Source of the DNA: Amoeboaphelidium protococcarum X5
Lineage: Eukaryota > Fungi > Aphelidiomycota
Direction of reading: 5' to 3'
Length of the DNA: 64,000 nt
NCBI GenBank assembly: GCA_023515725.1
Contig: JALDTO010000266.1
Coordinates: 62,001-126,000, forward strand
In this document: piece after piece, positions 55,913 through 64,000 of the stretch
Numbering within the stretch: position 1 is the first letter of the stretch
Layout of the letters: every line of letters starts with the position of its first letter
Notes under the pieces: model-generated
Seen by the model: the letters and a program-made list of their open reading frames with translations, nothing else
Databases searched by the model: none
Told to the model about the DNA's origin: nothing
Position numbers and translations under genes: made by a program

Positions 55913-57562
55913 TCAGTCAAAGTACTTGGCATCTATACCACCACTGGTTAGAGCAGACAAGTCGAGATTACCAGTAGAGTTGGAACGTACCGGTTATTGT
56001 TAATCAGATGCTATATCACGTACACATATTCTTCCATCTTGAGAACAACTGATTATATAGTGCCAGCTAAAATCTATTTTAAATACCCTGTTGGTATGTA
56101 AATTTTAGAATTCATACAACAGTATACCGCCGCCATTGTTATTGTTATTGTTATTGGCTACTCCACCACCCTCAACGACCATATCATTATTATCAGATGA
56201 CGATGATCCTGGAAGAGACTGATGTAATATTCTCTTCATGTCCCAGACTTTGACTACACCGTCATAGCCACCACTGATCAGAAAGTTATTATTGAACTGC
56301 AATGTACGCACAAGATCACTATGAGCCACAAAAGACTGTAGCAGTTGACCAGTGTGAACATTCCACAACTTTATCGTCTGGTCAGAAGATCCACTGGCCA
56401 CATATGTACCATTAAAGTGAATTGCCGCAATACCTCTGGCATGGCCAACTAGATCACGCAAACAAGTGCCATCCTTCTTAACAAAGTCCCAAACTTTAAT
56501 GATTCTATCGCCAGATGCACTAACCATCAGTCCCTTCTACACACTAATACTATTAACAGCAGCCTTGTGTCCAGTGCATGTGGTCAACAGATCCCATTAA
56601 TTGTTTTCTTTTTATCGCTACCAGATTTTGATAGTCTTATCTTTGGATGCACTCACAATATTATAATCATCATCATCAAGAACTACATTCAATACACTCT
56701 CACTATGTCCATGTATGGTGTGCAATAAGGCGTACTAATTCCGCCGATCCCACACTTTAATAGTGGAATCTGATGACCCAGTTACAACCAAATCATCATT
56801 AAAAGCCACGGTAAGCACCGACTGAGAATGACCATTCATAACATGCAACTACTCACCACTCTCAATATCCCATACGCGAACAGTTCTGTCACGACTACCA
56901 CTTATAATCTACCGATTCTTGCCATCATACATTACAGAGTAGATACCATCACGGTGTCCATTTATATGTCTGATATGCATCATGCCGTCATCATTCAACT
57001 ATCCCCATCTCTATTACAAACGTTCTTATTACTCACAAAGATGACGCCAAGTGGTCGGATGGTCCTTGAGTATCTTCTAATTGAGTTTCCAATCCTCAAC
57101 TTACTACTTGTATCGAAATCTAGTCTTGTACACGGACTCTTGACTGAACACTGAATTCCACCTTGATGATACCAGCTGGGCATTCTATAAATCTATTAAA
57201 TTACGGCAAAGTAATTGGGCAATGTGGACAGATAATTCCTGAGGCAGTTGAGAGATAAAGTCGACATATTGAACAGCTTTCGGTGTCATAATTGCTTTAA
57301 TCTGCTCCTGGAGCTTACCTACTTGTTATAGTGGCAATTCTTTGATTAACTGACTCAGAATATGAAATTACTATTCTGTTGAACATCTTCTCACCATATC
57401 CAGTATTTAAATAGTCAATATTGCACTAGGAGATTACTACTCTGATTGTACAGGTGTTGGGGCACTCGACTAGGAACTGCCACCTTCACTAAATCCCTCA
57501 TCATTAGTTCTCACAACGGGACGGACATCAACTTGCTACTATTACTACTAAATATCTTACAT
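55913..57562 (-). CDS. F-box/WD40-repeat protein (beta-TrCP/Cdc4-like), 549 aa
   Basis: VDFISQLPQEL F-box start; repeated GH...SGS.D.T.KVWD WD40 units. ATG 57562, TGA 55913. Confidence 0.88.
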
Positions 57563-57922
57563 ATTTTAATTATAGGTTTATATCAAAGCCAATACAATGA
57601 TAATGACTAAATTATATCAATACTTAATGCAGGTATTACAAGAGAAGCAAAGAGAGAAAGAAAGAGAGTTGTTTCAGGCGAAGAACAAGAACTGTGAATG
57701 AAGCAATTCGGCCGGAGATGGGGCGCGTTGTTGAGAGCGAGAGAGAGCTAAGAGCGAGAGAGAGAAAGCGGATGGAGCGGCAAAGAGGGATTTTAATCGT
57801 GGTAGGTTCAATTCAACAAGATACGTGCGTATGGTCTATTCATATCAAATAATTTAAATGAAAAGAAAACTTTACTACAAGATCAAAGATAATAGTTTCA
57901 TGGTCATATTACTTGATTGTTT

Positions 57923-59959
57923 TCATTAAATGCGCTTCAAATTTTGTCTGACGCGAGACACTGCCTTGACGTACTTTTCCAGCGGGGACGGACCTTGATC
58001 GCAAAGTTCTGCTTGATTTGAAGCCAGTTCCAGTGGAGATGCCTAGATGGTCAGTCTCTACTACTGTACCCACAAGGAGTTCTCATCTACACACTTTTAC
58101 AGAGCCACAATCTTCTTCTTGAATCCATCCAGAGCTTTTAGCTGGTGATAATGCTGTTCCAACAACTTTCTAATCTGACGCAACTGCATCTTGACACAGA
58201 CAGATAGTTCGGGGAAGGCAACGTGGCGGGACCATGACACCAGATCGGCTTCAACCACCTCATCTATCACATAGTCCAGCATTGGAACGTAATTCAGAGC
58301 AGTGCCTGCATACTTGGTAGACAGTTTAAGAGCAAATTGGATTTAGGCAGGTTTACCTCCACTACCAGCAGCGGGACCATCTTTAGATTTAATCAGTACC
58401 TGTACAACATCCATAACATTACTAAATGCCACAGACAGAATAGGTAGAAATACAAACTTGGAGCCAGATAAAGATTGCAAAGCTTTAAGTAAATGCAATC
58501 TCATTGGCAGATACTACTTGGCTGATGCAAAACGAATAATTCCAAATGCCACGGTAGTCAGAGGGAAATACAACTGATGCATAACATCTTCCTTAGGTGG
58601 ACATTGTCTATGCAATACCAAGCACCAAAGCCTCACCGACCACACTGTGGACCAATTTGCAATAGCTGCCGAGTTATCAGCAGACGGTTTAGTGATTGCA
58701 TTTCTTAACAAGACAGCCAGTTGACGGATTCCAAGGAAGCCCAGTGTATAGCAGAGCTCCTTCAGAGGAATCAGCGTCTCCACAATAGACTTCATCACGT
58801 ACTCAACAGCCTCGTAATTATGAGTCGCGGTGGACTTGCAACTGGTCAAGAAGGCCTTTATCAACAATTTACCGGCAAACAGTCGACCTTCTTTATCAGT
58901 GATAGCAGATAGCCAGCTCTTGATCAGAACCATTGCACCAGTCTTCATCTCAATATCGCGCTGAGCATCATAATCTACGGACGTGTCCACTTTGCAATTA
59001 CAAGCAAACTCGATCAGCAGTGTCCACAATTTCTTGGTAATTTTATTCAACTCCAACATGGAGAGTAATAATGCAACTTTACTCTGTTCTAATTTCACAG
59101 CTATAAAGTGGAGCATCTCGCGATCTTACAGCTGGTCTAGAAGTATAACCAGACAGGTAGAGTACTGCTTCATCAGAACCTTGTATTTCTTTGCAGCATT
59201 AGAAGAGCTGGATTTAAATCTGTTAGAATTAGTGTCACCAGACACGCCCAGCTGCTTGCAGATCATTAAAGGAATATCGGTGGTGATAACTTCAATCAAT
59301 TTGCTGGAATTGTCATTCAACGTAGCTGCTGACAGTTGAGCCATTTCTCCTTCATCGCCATCATCATTATCGCCTTCACTTTAAGGCATTAACATAGTTT
59401 TCAGCATACTGATTGCTTGCTTTGCAGCCGATACTGATGAATTATCACGAATCTATTTGATGATATCATCCAGAGGGTCCTCCGAAATCTCCGAGTCCTA
59501 TTCATCTGCCACTAAATCATCTTCATCCGAATCGCTGGCATTAGCTTCATCATCCACTAAATTTCCATCTTCCAGGTCTTCATTAAATTGCAATAATGCA
59601 GGATCATTCTCCTTCAAATACTTGTAAAAGTCTGGATCAGCACTCTTCAATTGTTCAAGCTGCATGGCATGCTCATTCAACGCGCCTTCATCCTGAGACA
59701 CGTTGCCATCTGACTGGGAATCTTCCTGCTACTCCATAATCACCGCATTATCTTCGCTGGCAGATTTATCAATTACCATATCTTCGTATTGCTCTCTTCC
59801 GGTAGAATTATCAGCAATCTTCAACTTCTTATTCTTCTAGAAACTCTCCTTCAAAGACTGGGATGATTTGCCATTTCTTGCAGCGCGTTTCTTTCTCTGT
59901 TCAATAACAGTCTTTAGCTTATTCTTATTGAACTTTTTAGTAGCTTTCTTTATCGCCAT
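57923..59959 (-). CDS. NOC2: Nucleolar complex protein 2
   Basis: MAIKKATKKF, LKSADPDFYKYLKENDPALLQF, YTLGFLGIRQLAVLLRNAI, AFPEL. Confidence 0.92.
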
Positions 59960-60179
59960 TATAAAGCAGTGTTAATCTTTACTTATTAAACGTTGATATA
60001 GCGATTTTAACAGAAGTTTAGTGCTTTTTACCAACGCAGAGTGAAAACGCGTCAAATTTTGTTCAGTTTTATCCATCACTTAAGACTGCTTCAAGAACCT
60101 TGTTTACATCAACTCTTAATTTATTAAATATCGATTAATCGCTGATAAGAAATTAATTAATAATTCAGTAGTATTTAAT

Positions 60180-61502
60180 ATGAAGGTTGGAATTGCACAT
60201 CATAGTCAAGTTTAGCGAAAGACTTCGAATGATCTATATGTGATGCCCAAGAATCCAGATCCGGTGCTGCATCCATTTGAGAAGGCGCGTGAATATACCA
60301 GAGCACTGAATTCTGCCAAGTTGGAGCGAATGTTCTCAAAGCCTTTTATCGCTGAGCTGGATGGACACAAGGATGGTGTTTATGCTTTGGCTAAGAATAC
60401 CAAGAAGCTCACAGAAATCGCGTCTGGCTCTGCTGATGGGGAAATAAAAGTGTGGAATCTGGCCACGCAGAAAGCCACCTGGTGCCTACAGAATGCCCAT
60501 GATGGATTTATTCGTAGCTGTACATTCAGTCCATTAAATGAGAATTTGATCACGTGTGGCGATGATAAATTGATCAAGATTTGGAATCCATAGTAGTAGC
60601 GAAATCAACCTCTCGCCGTAATGAAGAGTAAGGATTTCACAGTTGGCGTTGATCATCACTATACTAAAGATATTTTTGCCACTTGCGGATCCAAGATTGA
60701 TATTTGGGATTCCTAGAGATCTGAACCAATTTACTCTATGAACTGGGGCGTAGACTCTATCAATACTGTCCGCTTTAATCCTACCGAAGTATCGATTCTG
60801 GCGTCATGCGGAACTGATCGTAACATTACATTGTATGACATTCGAACTTAGACACCTTTATCGAAACTTGTGATGAGTCTGAAATCTAATGCCATAGCTT
60901 GGAATCCTATGGAGTCTTTTAACTTTGTGGTTGCCAGCGAAGATCATAATGTGTACATGTTTGATATGCGCAAGATGAAGTCAGCTTTGAACGTGTATAA
61001 AGATCATGTCAGTGCAGTTATAGATGTTGACTTTGCGCCAACTGGTCAGGAGATTGTGACGGCATCTTATGATAAAACTCTGAGAATATTCCCGATCTAG
61101 TAAGGCCATTCGCGTGATATTTATCATACGTCGCGCATGTAGAGGTTGTTTGGTGTACGCTATTCTATGGACTCAAAGTATATTGTCAGTTGCTCTGATG
61201 ACGCATCACTCCGTCTATGGAAGTCTAACGCGTCTGATAAGCTCGGACCTCTAGCTCCTAGGGAGCGAGCATCTCGAAAGTACAATGATCAGCTGAAGTC
61301 GAGGTATGGTCATATGCCAGAGGTGAAGAAGGTTCTCAAATCGCGTCACGTACCAAAGGCGGTGAAGAGCACGCAGCGGTTAAAGAAGATTGTCACTGAT
61401 GCTGAATCTAAGCGTAAAGATAATCTGCGGCGACATAGTAAGCCAGGTACTCTTCCATATCAGGCAGAACGTCGTAAAAACATAGTCGCCATCTAAAAGT
61501 GA
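60180..61502 (+). CDS. SOF1: U3 snoRNP WD40 protein Sof1/DCAF13
   Basis: LHPFEKAREYTRALNSAKLERMFSKPF, WNPMESFNF, SRDIYHTSRMQR. TGA 61500. Confidence 0.95.
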
Positions 61503-61579
61503 TAGTAATAAGAGTGAATATAGAACTATTATAAAATGTAAAAAATGAGTATAAATGCTCAACTATTATATTTAAATTT

Positions 61580-62137
61580 TCATGCAGTTGAACCTTCGAC
61601 TGGAGCAGGAGCACTTCCGGTGACAGCAGCAACTGGCTTCTTTGAATCCTTGGCAGCAGGCACAGGCAGAGATCTTGGCACACAGACAATCTCAATGTGG
61701 CACGGATGGCTCTGGAATGGATTGATACGACCGTGAGCTCTGTACGTTCTTCTACGCTGCTTTGGTGCCTGGTTCACCTAGATGTGCTTAATGTATAGAG
61801 AGTCAGTGTCCAACTGCTTAGCCTCAGCGTTGGCAAGCGCGTTCTTCAACAATCCCTCAATAAATTTAACACTCTTCACAGGCCAGCGACCCTGAGTGAC
61901 GCCAAATTCCAAAGCCTGTCCAGTTCTACCAACACCACCCTTAAATCTACGGAATGGAATACAACGCTTGTGCTCCTTAACAGCCTCCAAATACTACAGA
62001 GCCTTGTGCACATTCATATCCTTAACAGCCATTGCTGTCTCGCGAGTATTTTTGAAGTGAACGCGCAGATATGCACCTCTTGCCTTGGCGCAGCTGTTTT
62101 CGTCCACTTTAACAACGTTATATCTATTGTTGACCAT
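61580..62137 (-). CDS. RPL17: 60S ribosomal protein L17 (uL22)
   Basis: [42 protein letters not shown]. Confidence 0.97.
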
Positions 62138-62732
62138 ATTTAATTTCCTCACTAGATTACAGATGGAGATTAAATTGCGAAAATTTACAATTTCTTCACC
62201 CAATGCTACCAACGGCCAGAAAAGTTTTACTGATTAACGCGAACGGGCCTTTTTAGGTTGCTTAGGTTGATGAAAAATTGTTTTAGCCAATTTCCGAAAT
62301 CAGAGCGCGCGTCGTTGATTTCACCGTTGCTTTTCGGTCATAAGCATTTCAGGAGTCGCTCGCATTGGTTTCAGCTTAGATTTAAGCTTTGGTATAAAGT
62401 ACATCATTTAAATCCAATTGAGAAATTACAAAAGTAAAGGACTTGTTGGTTCAAAATGACTTAGGTTAGTATTTTGAGATTTTGTTATTAAAGTATTGGC
62501 GATGTTAGTAAAGATGCCCATAAGAAGCTCTTAAGTGTGAATGATGATCTGTTTTCTGTAGCGGAAAAAGCAGTGATCATATTTGGTCTTATGATACTGT
62601 AAACTTACAGCGATCATACTGTAGTCATTATTTGCTTGAGTGTTCTTATTATTATTTATTACAAATTTCACGTGTCATAATAAAAGAGATAAAGTGCCAA
62701 ACAACTCGGTATATATTCAAATATTTCAAAGA

Positions 62733-64000
62733 TCATGATAAATTGTAAAATTTCTACAGCCTTTCTCGCAGCGAAGGGGGAAAGTTGGAATAGTAATTGT
62801 CCCACTACGCGCCCAACATATTCTTGACACCACTCAGTATTGCTTGGAACGCGTCTCGCAAATCCTATGGAGCAGAAGGATACATTGCCACTGCATCTGC
62901 AAACCAGGAAAAGGATTTCAACAGTCCATTTGGGTTGGTCTAAATAAGTCTGCAGAATCCACGGAATGCCGACTCCTTCTCAGCATTTGGCTTTGTCTGT
63001 CTTAAAGCGCGACACCATGGCTCAACTATGACTTCCAAATTAGGAGCAATGCTCTCTGGAGAAATCAAGCTCAGTCTTCCAATAGTGATGGCAACATTTT
63101 CCTGTAGAATCTTTGAACTTTCTCTATGGAATAGAATAGCTAGCAACTGATCAGTCATTGGCTTTACGTAAGGAACCATTTCCTGGCCATACTGCATGGA
63201 AATTTCACCCGCAGCCCAGCAAGCATTATTCACCGCTGACAAATTAGTATCAACCAAATTTACGCTACTTTACTGAATCAGGACAGGCATAATCTGCGGT
63301 AGATACTGCTGCAAAGTGGCAAAGGAGTGGATCGCCAAATCACCGATAAGAGCAAATGCACTCTGACGAACCTCTGGAGATTCGTGGCAAATGCAATGCA
63401 GCAAAAGATCGTACAGAGATGGCTAAACTCTCTAAAGTAACGAAGAGAAATTCTACTGCAGAGCTTACACTATGCCAGACACCAAATCTAGAGCCACGAT
63501 CAGGAAATCAATATCAGGCTCATCCATCTGACCTGGGTTCTACTGATGCATTGCTTGTAGCGTTATGGTCTACTTGATCAGCTTGAGACATCTCTCATAG
63601 ATTGGGTGAGAGAATGGCTCAAAACTAGACCCCAAAGCAGCGGCGACTATAGATAAACACTCCAATAGTGGGAACAACTGTGGATCGTCATCACTCAATG
63701 TGTTCCATCGCACAATCAAAGGTGGCATCAGTAAATTGATATACTCCGGCTTCGCTAAGGCAGAACCAACACCTTCAGCAAGAGTTCCAACACTATCCAG
63801 CAGAATAGTGACATTCTTTTTCTGATAAAGCTGGAACGCTTGATTGAACACCTACAAAAGCTGCGGTAGATATGGCACCATGTAATCCAACGCTTCCTCC
63901 TCAAATACTGACAGAGCACTACATGCAGCCTCTTGAACGCGCTTGTTATTGCTTAGAACTGCAGTCAGTATGGCACTTAGCAAAGGTTCAAAGTACGACG
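62733..64000 (-). CDS. KAP104: Transportin-1 / karyopherin beta-2 (C-terminal part)
   Basis: NKRVQEAACSA, LFPLLECLS, DFLIVALDL, VRQSAFALIGDLA, NNACWAAGEI, ENVAITIGRL, EKESAFRGFC. Confidence 0.93.

Overview
Gene-dense eukaryotic (fungus-like) genomic DNA that uses a non-standard nuclear genetic code: TAA and TAG encode Gln and TGA is the only stop. This explains why the supplied ORF track is fragmented. Read in this code, the fragments join into full-length genes ending in TGA. Among fungus-related lineages this code is known from the aphelid Amoeboaphelidium protococcarum; that identification is an inference. Housekeeping genes include a DIS3L2-like RNase, NAD-GDH, a CDKN3-like phosphatase, a VIP36-like lectin, a forkhead TF, SMC3, PP2C, a VAT1/QOR oxidoreductase, a Rax1-like RGS protein, a GM130-like golgin, a PCTAIRE CDK, RAM2, MIC19, an F-box/WD40 protein, NOC2, SOF1, RPL17 and transportin. 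Candidate secreted effectors are also present. The 33-55 kb region is rich in mobile DNA. (1) A Fanzor (eukaryotic TnpB-like RNA-guided nuclease) gene with a candidate omegaRNA. (2) A very young Ty1/copia element inserted into it, with TA...TA termini, a half-tRNA-Ile primer site and one in-frame TGA exactly between gag and pol. (3) An array of about 178-bp units carrying about 50-bp hairpins. (4) A Crinkler-like REase+kinase pseudogene. (5) A DUF6729/MULE-like transposase relic with a 3'-5' exonuclease domain inside its catalytic core. All calls come from manual translation and motif recognition; no database searches were run.
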